From Fimbriimonadales bacterium (GTDB lineage: Bacteria > Armatimonadota > Fimbriimonadia > Fimbriimonadales > ATM1), in contig JBPCLO010000031.1 of the NCBI GenBank assembly GCA_051003155.1, positions 64,001-128,000 on the forward strand: 64,000 bases of DNA, in the 5' to 3' direction. The notes beneath the pieces are model-generated. The model made no database searches. It saw only the letters and a list, made by a program, of their open reading frames with translations, and had not been told where the DNA came from. The translations under genes were made by a program, and so were the position numbers. Below, in pieces: positions 40,540 to 51,099 of the stretch. Numbering within the stretch: position 1 is the first letter of the stretch; each line of letters begins with the position of its first letter.

Positions 40540-40845
40540 TGGTTCTGCCTCCAACTGATCATTGCATTAACACTTGAAGCGGGCGCGCCGACGGCGTCGA
40601 TGAGGAGAGGCGGCCACTAATAGCGTTAGCGAGCAACATCATGAACACATGGATCGGCTCCATGAGTTTAGGCGATTTGATCCGGCGATGTTCAACATCG
40701 AAACAGGCGGCATTCCCTCCTTCATCAGTTCACCAAGCTGCGCGAAGCCGCACTCGGAGCCGATCCCGAAGCGGAAAAGAATTGTCAACACGTTTAAGGT
40801 TTGCCGAGTTACAGGCCCGCTCAGTTCCCTAACAGACAACCAGTG

Positions 40846-41667
40846 CTAGATCGCATTTTCTAAGCCATCGAATGGGGCGTACCAGCGGCCATCTGCTCGG
40901 ACCGTGAAACCGTCAAGGTCGACCCAATTCGAGCCCACTTTGATCTTCGCCGAAGCTACCGCCAACACGAAGTTTCGCCCCCCGTGCGAGAACGAGCCGG
41001 TTCCATGGGGTCGATTTGCAAACAAAGCGATGTTCCGTGCGGAGCACCAATCCCGAAGAGGCACATATCGTCTGCCCTGCGAATCGCGCTTGACGCCCGT
41101 GATAACCTGCCCGTTCACAACCACGTTCGCGGATGGCGCCAAGTCCGCGCCCACCGCGTTCGCGAGAATGTCCCGACAGAACCCCTCGACCGCCGCCCGG
41201 TCACCCGGCTTGTCCGAACCCGACCAGGTGATGTTGCCAGGCGACCCGGAGCCGCGGTACGACATGACGGCGCCAAGGATGTAATCGCCGATGAACATGT
41301 AGAGATGGGCGCTTCCGGAGGTGCGCGAGTAAACGCTATGGGACTTGTCTCCGGCCGGCAGCCTCGACCATCCGCCGGTCGGCCAGCCATCCAACGTGCC
41401 AAAGGCCATCATACTGTTGATGTTGTCGATCATGCGTTGCCTGGCGCCGGGTCGCTTGCACCGATCGACTTCGACGGATAGCCGAATGCGCTGGGAGCGG
41501 TTACGGAACGAGCCGTATAGGCTATCCCAGTCCGGGCTGGACGTATCCCTGACCGGCAACGCAACCTCGAACCCGCGCCCTGCGATGAGGCCAGCGTCAA
41601 AAATACCAGGGTCTAAAGGTGGCATCGTCGCCAGGCTTAGTGAGCAAAGGAATACGGTGGCAATCAT
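40846..41667 (-). CDS. Secreted protein with C-terminal copper-amine-oxidase-N/stalk-like domain
   Basis: Signal peptide; VVVNG...GRRYVPLR...GRWYAPF. Confidence 0.6.
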   Translation of the reverse strand: MIATVFLCSLSLATMPPLDPGIFDAGLIAGRGFEVALPVRDTSSPDWDSLYGSFRNRSQRIRLSVEVDRCKRPGARQRMIDNINSMMAFGTLDGWPTGGWSRLPAGDKSHSVYSRTSGSAHLYMFIGDYILGAVMSYRGSGSPGNITWSGSDKPGDRAAVEGFCRDILANAVGADLAPSANVVVNGQVITGVKRDSQGRRYVPLRDWCSARNIALFANRPHGTGSFSHGGRNFVLAVASAKIKVGSNWVDLDGFTVRADGRWYAPFDGLENAI

Positions 41668-41683
41668 ATTTCTTGTCTCCTTT

Positions 41684-42921
41684 TCAAATTACTCCGGCCA
41701 ATGAGAAAGGTCCGCCCTCTGACCTAGGCACGACTTCATGAGGCAAGTCGGGGTCTATGAATTGTTGCGGGTTCTCCTCTGTCCCGAAATCGTCGTTCTG
41801 ATGGCCATAACGGCGGACTACTCCATACTGCGGTTGGCCGCTTGGGGCTTGCCAATGATCGTTAGGCGACCAACCGGCGGGCGGGTTCTCGTAGGGGCTC
41901 CCGCCCGGATCGTGTTCAAGACCAAGGGAGGCATCGTAAGTCGCTCCATGAACACGGCAAACCTGATGCATTGTGAAACCTACGAAGGAATACCCCGACG
42001 GCGGGTTGTCGGGGTCGCTGCCGATCGGGCAAATGAGATTCGTCATAAATACCGACGGCACGGGGTTCGCGTATAACCGCACCATTGGCGAATAAACGCC
42101 AATGGCGCTGAGAGAAAGATGCAGGTAGCCCGAGACGTCGACGCAGTTCCCGCTGCGATGGCCAATCTCGTCGAGAAAGTCAGATAGCAGAAATCTGCCG
42201 TACCTGTCTACCCATAAGGTAGGAACCCCCCAGGTTCCCAGGTTGTACGCGAATAAATGGGAGAAGTACAGCCCGAACGTCGAATCGTAAGCGCAAGCTG
42301 TGGCGCCGGCCTCGCCATCGGCCCAGTTGCACGAAGCATTCAGTACCTCGATCCAGGGCACCCCCAACGGGGCGAGGGGCTGCGCGTCCGTAAAGTAAGT
42401 GTATTCCTCGTTTGTCGGCTCGGTTGAAACCAACCCGCCCGCCTCGGAATCGATATTAATCTTGGTTTTCAGCCAGCCCAGCGTCACGTAGGCAACCCCG
42501 TGACGGTGACGTTCACATCGCGGTACTGGCCCGCAGGTAACACGAAGTTCTCCGTATGGTTTCCCCCGAGGTTAATGTCCGGATCGGGATAGTTGGTCCG
42601 CTCGAATTTCGGCTCCGTGAACGAAAAAGTGACGTTAAGAGCCACGTCGTTTCGGTTTTCGAACCCTATATCGAATAGAAATGTTCGACCCTCGAACATA
42701 TACGACCTCGCCGATATTTTCCTCGGTAACCACGTCCTTCTCCAACATAGGAAACGAGCCTCCGCCGCCCAGAGCCAGATGAAATAAATGCGGTTTGTAG
42801 CCCGGATGTTACCGAGATAGTCCCTCTGCGAAATATCCGGCGGAATGAGCGCGATCGCGGGTCCGAACGCGAGAAAAGCGATAACCGTGCCGATGGTCGA
42901 ACCTGCGCCCAATCGTGACAT
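41684..42921 (-). pseudogene. Secreted transglutaminase-like (Cys-His-Asp) protein split by a frameshift near 42485
   Basis: The signal-peptide ORF ends VTVTGLPT*, overlapping an ORF with GNCVDVS, FTMHQVC, YDAS. Confidence 0.55.
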
Positions 42922-43015
42922 TGCTGATCCACGATATGCGAGCAACACTGGGGATGTCAACGATTTACCCCCCCGGGGCAAAATCGCGAACAAACCAGTA
43001 TAAATACGATAGGTA

Positions 43016-43885
43016 TTACGGGTTATCCTGGTTTCGTCGCCTCATCGCGGCGAATGCGTCTACGGCTTCCATAACCTCGATCGGGATTGCGAGGACGACC
43101 GTGTTCGACGCTGTCGGACCGAGCCCGTCGATCGTTTGCAAGGACCGCAGTTGCATGGCGCCCGGGCTCTTCGACATTGTCTCTGCCGCGGCCGCAAGGT
43201 TCTCAGCAGCCATTCGGTCGCCTTCGGACTTTGTGATGTTCGCCCGCTTCTCCCTCTCGGCGGCCGCCTGACGAGACATGACTTTCTTCAAGTCCTCCGG
43301 CAGGATGATGTCCTGAATCCGAATGCCGTCAACCTCGAGGCCCCAGTGCTCGGTCTCCTGCTCCACCAGCTGCTCGATGTGGTGGCCGATGGACTCGCGC
43401 TCGGTAAGAACCTCGTCGAGAGTCCGCCCGCCGATCACGTCGCGGAGCGCCGTCTGCGCGTACTGGGTTATCGCGAACGCGTAGTCCTGGACGTTGATAA
43501 TCGCCTGGTCGGGCCGCACCACCTGCATGAAGATCACGCCGTCGATCGAGACGGGCACATTGTCCTTGGTGATTGCCTCTTGCCTTGGGATGTCCAGCGT
43601 GATCACGCGCGTATCGACCGATTGAGCCTGATCGAATAACGGCAGAATCGTATAGACCCCAGGGCCGCGGAGGTGCTTGAACCGGCCGAGGCGGAACACC
43701 AGCGCCTTCTCCCACTGCGCCGCGATCTTCACAGCCGAGGCGAGGTACCAGCTGAGGAACGTCCACCCGACGCCGGCGGCAATATTCATCGGCGTGATGT
43801 TGGTAAAGCTGACGTCCCTGCCGAACAGCAAGTAGCCTATGCCCATCAATGCAAAGAAAATGATTGTGGATAGATAGTTGATCAC
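43016..43885 (-). CDS. SPFH/stomatin family protein
   Basis: WEKALVFRLGRF, ITKDNVPVSIDG, AQTALRDVIG, AMQLRSLQT. Confidence 0.92.
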   Translation of the reverse strand: MINYLSTIIFFALMGIGYLLFGRDVSFTNITPMNIAAGVGWTFLSWYLASAVKIAAQWEKALVFRLGRFKHLRGPGVYTILPLFDQAQSVDTRVITLDIPRQEAITKDNVPVSIDGVIFMQVVRPDQAIINVQDYAFAITQYAQTALRDVIGGRTLDEVLTERESIGHHIEQLVEQETEHWGLEVDGIRIQDIILPEDLKKVMSRQAAAEREKRANITKSEGDRMAAENLAAAAETMSKSPGAMQLRSLQTIDGLGPTASNTVVLAIPIEVMEAVDAFAAMRRRNQDNP

Positions 43886-44004
43886 GATAATCTCCCCCGA
43901 GCGGCGCGTCGGATAGTAGACCCTCCGGTTCACGCGATTGGGCGTACCGAGAAGCTCCCTCACCAAGTCGCCTGGCTCCAGGTCCATACATTCAGGGTAC
44001 GAGA

Positions 44005-44616
44005 TTGCGCGTCCAAAGGATTCGCCGTGTAGCACCGGCTGTTCACGTCGGCTTCTCTCGAAGCTGCAAACCGGCAGGGACCGCGAACTGCAATACAGAA
44101 ATCGAAAGGCATGACCCTACCACGCCAAACCATCGGGCTCATAGCGAGGTATTGCGAGTGAGCGGAGTGGATCGCGTGACCGTGGGCCGAAGGTATTTGC
44201 TTCGGCACGACATAACGTCGTCGCTCACTCGTGTAGCCGTGTCGCGGCTGGATGACCATGGAAAGGGCCACATGATCGCGGATTTGGATGTGCTCGAACT
44301 TGGCTCATACAAATATGGCCATCCATACACCGAAGTTCGCAAGCTACAAATAAGTCGACGATACGAGGAGCGCCTGGACAACTTCCGCTTTTACCCGCTG
44401 GTCGTGAACGTAAAGTCGCTGGAGCCAGACCTGCCATACGTGGCTCTCGGCGAACTATTTCGCGACGGACCGCTAGACACGGAGCCCCAATATGACCTAG
44501 GATGGGCCGAGGGGCAACTCAGACCCGGATGCTTTGCTACGTTGCGATTTCTTTTCTATCTATGGAAGCAGCATCGAAAGCAAAAAACAGATAAGTCGCA
44601 CAAGAACTCGAACTGA
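44005..44616 (+). CDS. Hypothetical protein (start uncertain)
   Basis: Only long ORF in the gap; no recognised motif. Confidence 0.3.
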   Translation: MRVQRIRRVAPAVHVGFSRSCKPAGTANCNTEIERHDPTTPNHRAHSEVLRVSGVDRVTVGRRYLLRHDITSSLTRVAVSRLDDHGKGHMIADLDVLELGSYKYGHPYTEVRKLQISRRYEERLDNFRFYPLVVNVKSLEPDLPYVALGELFRDGPLDTEPQYDLGWAEGQLRPGCFATLRFLFYLWKQHRKQKTDKSHKNSN

Positions 44617-44704
44617 CCGGCCATCCTGAGACGCCTGCGAGTATCTAATCGTCTTCAAGAACCATCCCGTCGATCGACTTCGATCCTCCACCATTTGACT
44701 GCCG

Positions 44705-45439
44705 TTACTTGGGCACTCGGCCAACGACGTGAACGCGGTCGCTCCTGCCCCGAGGCGGGTCGAGCGAGAACGCGTCGTAGCAGCGAACGTTCACAAAGCC
44801 CGCGGCGGACATCCAACCTGTCAACTCGTCGATAGAATGCGCCCTTTGGATGTGCACCTCCTCGAAGGCCCGCTCCCCTACCCAGAAATTCATTCTGACG
44901 GTGCAGATTTTCGCGCTATTATCCCACTCGCCTTTCCAAGAATAGCGAACTTTAGTCTGCGGCCGCACATCCTCCTGGTCGAACATTCCTTGCTCGAACG
45001 CGTACGGTGTATTAACGTCGAAGGCGAATAATCCACCGGCTCTCAAATGTACAGCCGTCTTTCTTATGGCCGACGCGCACCGGGCAGGATCAGAAACATA
45101 ATTCAAGCTGTCGAAAAAGCTAAAGGCCGCGTCGAATTCTTTATCCAATTTCATTTCGGCGGCATCCTGGCAATAGAGTCGAATATCCAGGCCCTTTTTC
45201 TTGGCGAGTTTCCTTCCTGCATCGATCATGCTCTGAGAAATATCGACCCCGGTGGGCTCATAATTCTCCAGCGCAAGCAACCGGCACAACTTCCCGGTAC
45301 CGCAGCAGACCTCCAGCACCTCCTTCGGCTTCACGTCGAAATTCGCCCACAGCAGCTTCAAATAGCCCACCCACATGGTGTAGGGCACACCGACCATTAG
45401 GTCTTCGTAGTGCGGGGAGATTTCGGTGAAACTAGACAA
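44705..45439 (-). CDS. Class I SAM-dependent methyltransferase
   Basis: VLEVCCGTG, GVDIS, FDSLNY, GGLFAFDVNT. Confidence 0.9.
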   Translation of the reverse strand: MSSFTEISPHYEDLMVGVPYTMWVGYLKLLWANFDVKPKEVLEVCCGTGKLCRLLALENYEPTGVDISQSMIDAGRKLAKKKGLDIRLYCQDAAEMKLDKEFDAAFSFFDSLNYVSDPARCASAIRKTAVHLRAGGLFAFDVNTPYAFEQGMFDQEDVRPQTKVRYSWKGEWDNSAKICTVRMNFWVGERAFEEVHIQRAHSIDELTGWMSAAGFVNVRCYDAFSLDPPRGRSDRVHVVGRVPK

Positions 45440-46547
45440 TCGTCAGCATCCGGTCCAATGCCAGCTTAGCGAAGTGCTTCACTTTCGGCGGCACTTCGAT
45501 CACATTAACGGGCGTTCCCGCGACCAAATTCTCGAGCGCCCAGCATAAAAAGCTCGGGTGGATCCGATACATCGTGGCGCAAGGGCATATCATCGGATCT
45601 AGGCAAAATATCGTTTTATCCGGATATTCCTTCGCCAAACGGCTCACGAGATTTATTTCCGTTCCCACGGCCCAAGTCGTCCCTGCCGGCGCAGCTTCCA
45701 CAGTTTTGATAATAAACTCGGTCGATCCATTATAGTCGCTAAGACGGACGACCTCGATCGGGCACTCAGGATGGACAATAACATTTACATCGGGGTGAAT
45801 TTTGCGCGCCTCCAATACTTGCTCGACCGTAAAACGACCGTGCACCGAGCAATGGCCCTTCCAAAGGATAAACGTCGCTCGCCGAGTGTCGTCCTCGGAA
45901 TTCCCGCCGAGCGGCAGGTGCGGATCCCACATGATCATCTCCTTATCAGGGTCGTAGCCAAGCTTCGCGCCTGTGTTCCTTCCCAAGTGTTGGTCCGGGA
46001 AGAAGAGCACCTTCTCGCCGCGTTGAAGCGCCCACTCCACCGCCTTGGGAGCATTAGTGCTGGTACATACCGTGCCGCCTCGCTCACCGACGAACGCCTT
46101 CAAGTTCGCTGCGGAGTTGATATAGGTTATGGGCACCACCTGTGCCTTCCCTTCTTCGAACGGTGTCAAATTCCCAAGCACTTTCTCCAGGTCGCGCCAG
46201 CAGTTTCGCACCTGGAATAGGTTCGCCATATCCGCCATGCTGCATCCGGCCGCCAGGTTCGGCAAGATGACCTTCTGGTGATCGGGCGTCAAGATATCGG
46301 CACTCTCCGCCATGAAGTGCACGCCGCAAAACACAATGAACTCCGCTTCCGGGTGGCGGTTCGCATCCTTGGCAAGCTTGAAGCTATCGCCTCGGTAGTC
46401 GGCGTGCTCGATGATCTCGTCGCGCTGATAGTGGTGGCCGAGGATCACCAGCCGCGAGCCGAGGGCCTGTTTGGCGGCAAGAATCCGTTCCCGCACTTCG
46501 ACGGGCGATAAAGATTGATACTCCTGCGGCAGAGGAGTTTGAAACAT
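45432..46547 (-). CDS. nadA: Quinolinate synthase
   Basis: ILGHHYQR, FCGVHFMAE, AGCSMADMA, YINS, PDQHLGRN, HCSVH, HPEC. Confidence 0.96.
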   Translation of the reverse strand: MFQTPLPQEYQSLSPVEVRERILAAKQALGSRLVILGHHYQRDEIIEHADYRGDSFKLAKDANRHPEAEFIVFCGVHFMAESADILTPDHQKVILPNLAAGCSMADMANLFQVRNCWRDLEKVLGNLTPFEEGKAQVVPITYINSAANLKAFVGERGGTVCTSTNAPKAVEWALQRGEKVLFFPDQHLGRNTGAKLGYDPDKEMIMWDPHLPLGGNSEDDTRRATFILWKGHCSVHGRFTVEQVLEARKIHPDVNVIVHPECPIEVVRLSDYNGSTEFIIKTVEAAPAGTTWAVGTEINLVSRLAKEYPDKTIFCLDPMICPCATMYRIHPSFLCWALENLVAGTPVNVIEVPPKVKHFAKLALDRMLTIV

Positions 46548-46659
46548 TTCTGCTCCTTCGAGGCAGTACAGTCCTTTCGGACGGGGATGTTGTCCAGCCT
46601 CGTTGCTATATTAGCATAGACAACCTGGGTTCGCCGCGAGTTCCTGGGTCTGCAAGAGG

Positions 46660-46965
46660 TTACGCTAAGGCTCGGCCGCGAACTCGCCCTCAGGAGTCGC
46701 CGGGACGAGGTCGACTACTTCAATGGATTCGCAAAGGAAGTCGGTGTACATACCATAAGAGCTATGGATAACCACCGTAGCGATTCCCTTGTTCATCAAG
46801 CCCAACAACCCGCCAGCAGTGGAAAACGAGTTCCATCATTGGTCCCTCGTCGCCGCGACGATCTAGGAGCACCGTGACGATCTCGAAGTCATGAAAGGTT
46901 GGCCAAGCCCCGTAGACCGTAATAAGCTTGTCCGAGCCCTTGATCGCACCGGGATCGACGGCCAC
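46660..46965 (-). pseudogene. Imm50-like immunity protein, internally deleted/frameshifted
   Basis: N part VYGAWPTFHDFEIVTVLLDR; out-of-frame C part SSYGMYTDFLCESIEVVDLVP. Confidence 0.6.
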
Positions 46966-46971
46966 CGCGCG

Positions 46972-47937
46972 CTATTCCGTAGCGCCCATCTTCCGGTACT
47001 TCGCGTACCGCTCGCTCCGAAGCTGCCCCGGGGTCTGCGCAGCCAGCTCGTCCAAATGAGTGACCAGGGCGTTGCCCACGTTCTCGAAAGTCGCCTGCGG
47101 ATTCCGGTGCGCACCCCCCACACCTTCGGAGACGATTGCGTCGATCAGGCCGAACTCAAGCGCATGCTGCGCGGTCAGCTTCAGCGCCGACGCCGCCCGG
47201 TCGTTCGCGCTCGGGTCGCGCCATAGAATCGCCGCGCACCCTTCCGGCGGAATCACCGAATACACCGCATTCTCGAGCATCAAAACGCGGCTGCTCGCGC
47301 CGATGCCGATCGCTCCCCCGCTACCACCTTCACCGACCACCATGGAAATCGTCGGCACGCCGAGCGAAAACATCTTGAACATCCCCGCCGCGATCGCTTC
47401 GCTGATGCCTCGCGACTCGCTCTCCACGCCGGGGTCCGCGGCGGGCGTGTCGATGAAGCTGACCATCGGCAATCCGAACCGATCCGCCATGTCAAATAAA
47501 CGAATGGCTTTGCGGTAGCCCTCGGGCTTCGCCATCCCGAAATTGCGAAACTGCCTACCCTTCAGGTCGCGCGCCTTCTGGTGGCCCACGATCACGCAGC
47601 TGTGCGAGCCGATCTTGCCCAGACCACCGATGATTGCCTTGTCGTCGGCATGGCGCCGATCACCATGAAGCTCCACCCAGTCCGCGACGATCGTGCCCAC
47701 GTAGTCCAAGGCATACGGCCTATTCTCCGCTCGCGAAAGCAGTACTCGTTCCCAAGGACCCAGGCGGCTGTACTTCACTCTAATATAGTTATCCCGGCTC
47801 CGCTCCAGGTTTTGAATCTGGTGCTCTATTGCCTCGGCCCGCGCCGGGGATTCCTTTCCCTGAAGCGCCCTCAGCTTGACGATACCTTCCTCGAGTTCCA
47901 GCAGGGGCCGCTCCCATTCGCGCCACGTCTTCGCCAT
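46972..47937 (-). CDS. accA: Acetyl-CoA carboxylase carboxyltransferase alpha
   Basis: ELHGDR, RNFGMAKPEGYRKA, GEGGSGGA, YSVIPPEGCAAILW. Confidence 0.96.
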   Translation of the reverse strand: MAKTWREWERPLLELEEGIVKLRALQGKESPARAEAIEHQIQNLERSRDNYIRVKYSRLGPWERVLLSRAENRPYALDYVGTIVADWVELHGDRRHADDKAIIGGLGKIGSHSCVIVGHQKARDLKGRQFRNFGMAKPEGYRKAIRLFDMADRFGLPMVSFIDTPAADPGVESESRGISEAIAAGMFKMFSLGVPTISMVVGEGGSGGAIGIGASSRVLMLENAVYSVIPPEGCAAILWRDPSANDRAASALKLTAQHALEFGLIDAIVSEGVGGAHRNPQATFENVGNALVTHLDELAAQTPGQLRSERYAKYRKMGATE

Positions 47938-48737
47938 CAGCCTCCGTTCCCTAGGTGGCGGATGAGCGTCGCCAAGATGACACGCATGTCCCGTCGCCGA
48001 ACTAGCTTGTCGACCATGCCGTGCTCCAAGTTGAACTCGCTCGTTTGGAAATTGTCCGGGGGCTTTTTGCCCGAGGAAGCCTGAGCCGCAACCCGCGCAC
48101 CGGCGAAGCCCACGAGGGCGCCTGGCTCGGCAAGAATAACGTCGGCGAGGCTCGCGTAGCTGGCGAGAACACCTGCCATGGTGGGGTCGGTAAACACGCA
48201 TATAAACGGCGCGACCTTCGACAGCTTTTCGCACGCCGCCGCCGTCTTCGCCATTTGCATTAGACTATAGAGACCCTCCTGCATCCGCGCACCGCCGCTC
48301 GCGGTGAAGATGACCGCTGGGATTTTCTCTTCGGCGGCGAGTTCGAGTGTGCGGGTGACTTTCTCACCCGCCAGAGATCCCATGCTGCCTCCCATGAAGG
48401 CGAAATCCGAAACGGCCGTCGAGACCGCCATGCCCTCGATTTTCGCAATGCCCCGCACGATGGAGTCGCTCCTACCGGTCTTGGCCGATGCGAAGGCAAG
48501 CTTCTGTTGATACTCGGGAAACTCGAGCGGATCGGCAGATTGCAGCTCAGCGTCGAGCTCCTCGAAGGAGCCTGGATCGAACGTTATCCGAATCCGGTCG
48601 TCGGCCGATAGCCGAAAATGGTGTTCGCAGTTGGGGCAAACGCGGTCGTTGCCATCGAGCTCCTTGGTAAGAAGCACCTTCCGGCACTTGTCGCACCGAA
48701 GGAACGCATCTGGTTGTACTCGGGTCCTGCTGCGCAA
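47937..48737 (-). CDS. accD: Acetyl-CoA carboxylase carboxyltransferase beta
   Basis: C4 zinc finger, FMGGSMGS, SGGARMQEG, FQTSEF. Confidence 0.95.
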   Translation of the reverse strand: MRSRTRVQPDAFLRCDKCRKVLLTKELDGNDRVCPNCEHHFRLSADDRIRITFDPGSFEELDAELQSADPLEFPEYQQKLAFASAKTGRSDSIVRGIAKIEGMAVSTAVSDFAFMGGSMGSLAGEKVTRTLELAAEEKIPAVIFTASGGARMQEGLYSLMQMAKTAAACEKLSKVAPFICVFTDPTMAGVLASYASLADVILAEPGALVGFAGARVAAQASSGKKPPDNFQTSEFNLEHGMVDKLVRRRDMRVILATLIRHLGNGG

Positions 48738-48792
48738 GGGCTGTAGTTTACTCGGAAAGGCGGTTGGCTTCGCCTCCCTGTGATGGGGCATC

Positions 48793-49653
48793 ATGAAAGG
48801 CATGCGCATCCATGCTAACGGGACCCAGCTCTGGTTCGACGTCGACGGGCCTGCGCTCGTACCCGCCGGCGCATCGACGCGCGAGCGGCCAATCGTAATC
48901 CTGGTGCATGGAGGGCCAGGAAGCTACGACCACTCGTATTTTAAGCCGCATTTCAGAAGGCTTGCCGAGATCGCGCAGGTGATCTACCTCGACCTACGCG
49001 GACATGGCCGCTCTGCCCGGCACGATCCGGCCACATGGACTTTCGAGGCATGCGCAGACGATATCCGCGCGCTTTGCGATGAGCTGGACATCCGCGGGCC
49101 GATCGTATATGGCCATTCCATGGGCGGCATGATCGCGATGCTTTACGCCGCGCGACATACCGGGCACGCCGCACGACTGATCCTCGACTCCACAGCCGCG
49201 CGGTTCGATCTTGTTCGCTTGGTCGAAGGCTTTCGCCGCATTGCTGGGGATCGGGTGGCGAAGCTGGCCGAACGAGACTATCGCGGTGATCCGGTCAGCG
49301 ACGAAGAGCGGAAGACGGTATTTGCCGCCTTCGGTCCGCATGTGCCGACGGCCGAAGAACTCGCCCGTCGCATTCAAAACCCTGAGCTGGCAACTGTAGG
49401 CATGGAGCGCCTGCGTGCGTTCGACGCACTCACGCAACTGAATCGCGTTTCGAGTCCCACCTTGATATGTCTCGGCGGGGCCGAGCCCGTGTTCTCGGTT
49501 CAAGACGCCAAGGAGATTCTAGAGGCGCTGCCGCCAGGCGTGGGGCGCCTCGAGGTGATCCAGGGCGCCGGCCACTTCCCCTGGTTGGACGCCGGCGATC
49601 GGTATTGGTCGATGATCAATGACTTCGTGGCAGCACCATCCAACGGGGATTAG
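48793..49653 (+). CDS. Alpha/beta hydrolase (proline iminopeptidase-like)
   Basis: HGGPG, DLRGHGRS, GHSMGG, GAGHFP. Confidence 0.88.
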   Translation: MKGMRIHANGTQLWFDVDGPALVPAGASTRERPIVILVHGGPGSYDHSYFKPHFRRLAEIAQVIYLDLRGHGRSARHDPATWTFEACADDIRALCDELDIRGPIVYGHSMGGMIAMLYAARHTGHAARLILDSTAARFDLVRLVEGFRRIAGDRVAKLAERDYRGDPVSDEERKTVFAAFGPHVPTAEELARRIQNPELATVGMERLRAFDALTQLNRVSSPTLICLGGAEPVFSVQDAKEILEALPPGVGRLEVIQGAGHFPWLDAGDRYWSMINDFVAAPSNGD

Positions 49654-50991
49654 CTAGTCCGGCGGCTCCGGAACCACCGTAAGGATGGTCTCTTCCCCAT
49701 CTCGCAGCACTGTCACCTGAACGGGTTTCCCGGGCTCGGCGGTTTCGAAAATGTACTGTATGTCCTCGATCGAGCCGATCTTTCTGTCTCCCCACTTGAC
49801 AATCCTGTCGCCCCCTTTCAAACCGCCATTTTCAGCGGGCGATCCCTCGCCGACACCGGAAAGTAGCAGCCCCGGCCCTTCGTCCGCGTAATCCGGGATG
49901 AGCCCCACGCGAACGCGCCGCGCGCCGCCGGGAGCGGGAGGAGCAGGCGGTTCGGGCGCATTTTCCACCCAGTCGGCCACGAAGATATTCGTTTCGCCGC
50001 GAACCTTGCCGCTGCGGTTGCTGGCCCACACCAAGCGCTTCCCGTCGCGCGTAAACATCGGGAACCCGTCGAACTCCGGTGTGAACGTGATCCGCTTCAA
50101 CCCCGTACCGTCCACGTCGATCACGTAAAGGTCGAATTCCCTGCCCTTCGGGTCGCGGACGTTCGAACTGAAGATAATCTGCTTGTTGTTGGGATGCAGG
50201 AAAGGCGCGAAGGAGGCCGCGCCGAGTTTCGTAACCTGGCGCTGGTTCTTGCCCTCCGCGTCCATGATCCAAATCTCGAGCTTGGAGGGGCGCACCAGGT
50301 TTTCTTTCAGGAGCGTCCGGTAATCCTCTCGCTCCTTCTCGCTCTCGATCAGGTCTCTGCGAAACACGATTCGACGCGAATCCCAACTCACGAAAGGTCC
50401 CCCGTCGTATCCCTCGTTATTGGTCAGCCGCTCGACTTTCCGGCCGAGAAGGTCCGACCGGTAGATCTCCAGATCACCGTCGCGGGTGCTCGTGAACGTC
50501 ATGAACGTGCCGTTGGGCGCGACCGTGGTCTCCGCGTAGTAGTGCTTCCCGTTGCCAAGCAGCTTCCGCCGTTTAGAACCGTTCTCCTCGCCGCGAAAGA
50601 TCGCAAACAGGCGGTTCACCTGCCAGACGTAGCCCTTGCTCATGTCAGGTTTTGGCGCCGCGCCCGGTTCTTTCCAGTCGGTGGAGCTATAGACAACCTC
50701 GCCGTTCGGCAGGAAGTAGCCGCATGTGCACCTCCCTTTGCCGCCCGAGACCAGCTTCTTGCCCGAGCCGTCCGCGTTCATCACCATAATCTGCTCGTCG
50801 GGCCATTCGGGCTGGGTGGTTTGGTAGATGATCTTCGTGCCGTCGGCGTTCCAGTAGGCCTCGGCATTCTGCCCGCCGAAGGTGAGCTGGCGGACGTTGA
50901 CGAGGTGCCGCTCGGCGGCGTGCCTCAGGAGGGCGTCATTCGCCGCGCCGACGGGGTCTTGGAGCGCAGAAACAATAAGGAGGGCGATCAT
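49654..50991 (-). CDS. TolB-like PD40-repeat protein with C-terminal PDZ domain
   Basis: QLTFGGQNAEAY, YDGGPF, FDGFPMF; GSPAENGGLKGGDRIV. Confidence 0.85.
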   Translation of the reverse strand: MIALLIVSALQDPVGAANDALLRHAAERHLVNVRQLTFGGQNAEAYWNADGTKIIYQTTQPEWPDEQIMVMNADGSGKKLVSGGKGRCTCGYFLPNGEVVYSSTDWKEPGAAPKPDMSKGYVWQVNRLFAIFRGEENGSKRRKLLGNGKHYYAETTVAPNGTFMTFTSTRDGDLEIYRSDLLGRKVERLTNNEGYDGGPFVSWDSRRIVFRRDLIESEKEREDYRTLLKENLVRPSKLEIWIMDAEGKNQRQVTKLGAASFAPFLHPNNKQIIFSSNVRDPKGREFDLYVIDVDGTGLKRITFTPEFDGFPMFTRDGKRLVWASNRSGKVRGETNIFVADWVENAPEPPAPPAPGGARRVRVGLIPDYADEGPGLLLSGVGEGSPAENGGLKGGDRIVKWGDRKIGSIEDIQYIFETAEPGKPVQVTVLRDGEETILTVVPEPPD

Positions 50992-51099
50992 GCTATGCGC
51001 ATAGATTACCTTCCCTGGTTGATGCGTCCGGCTCCCCCTCTCCGCGAATGATTGTATCGCGGCGAGGGGGCTGGGTGCGGAACAATGGCCGGCCGATAG

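Noticed and set aside
40560..40845. Small ORFs between islet genes
   Set aside because: No SD or motif support on either strand
46602..46616. NAD-regulon operator upstream of nadA (TGCTA-N3-TAGCA)
   Set aside because: Too short, and it does not fit an operator consensus I can support
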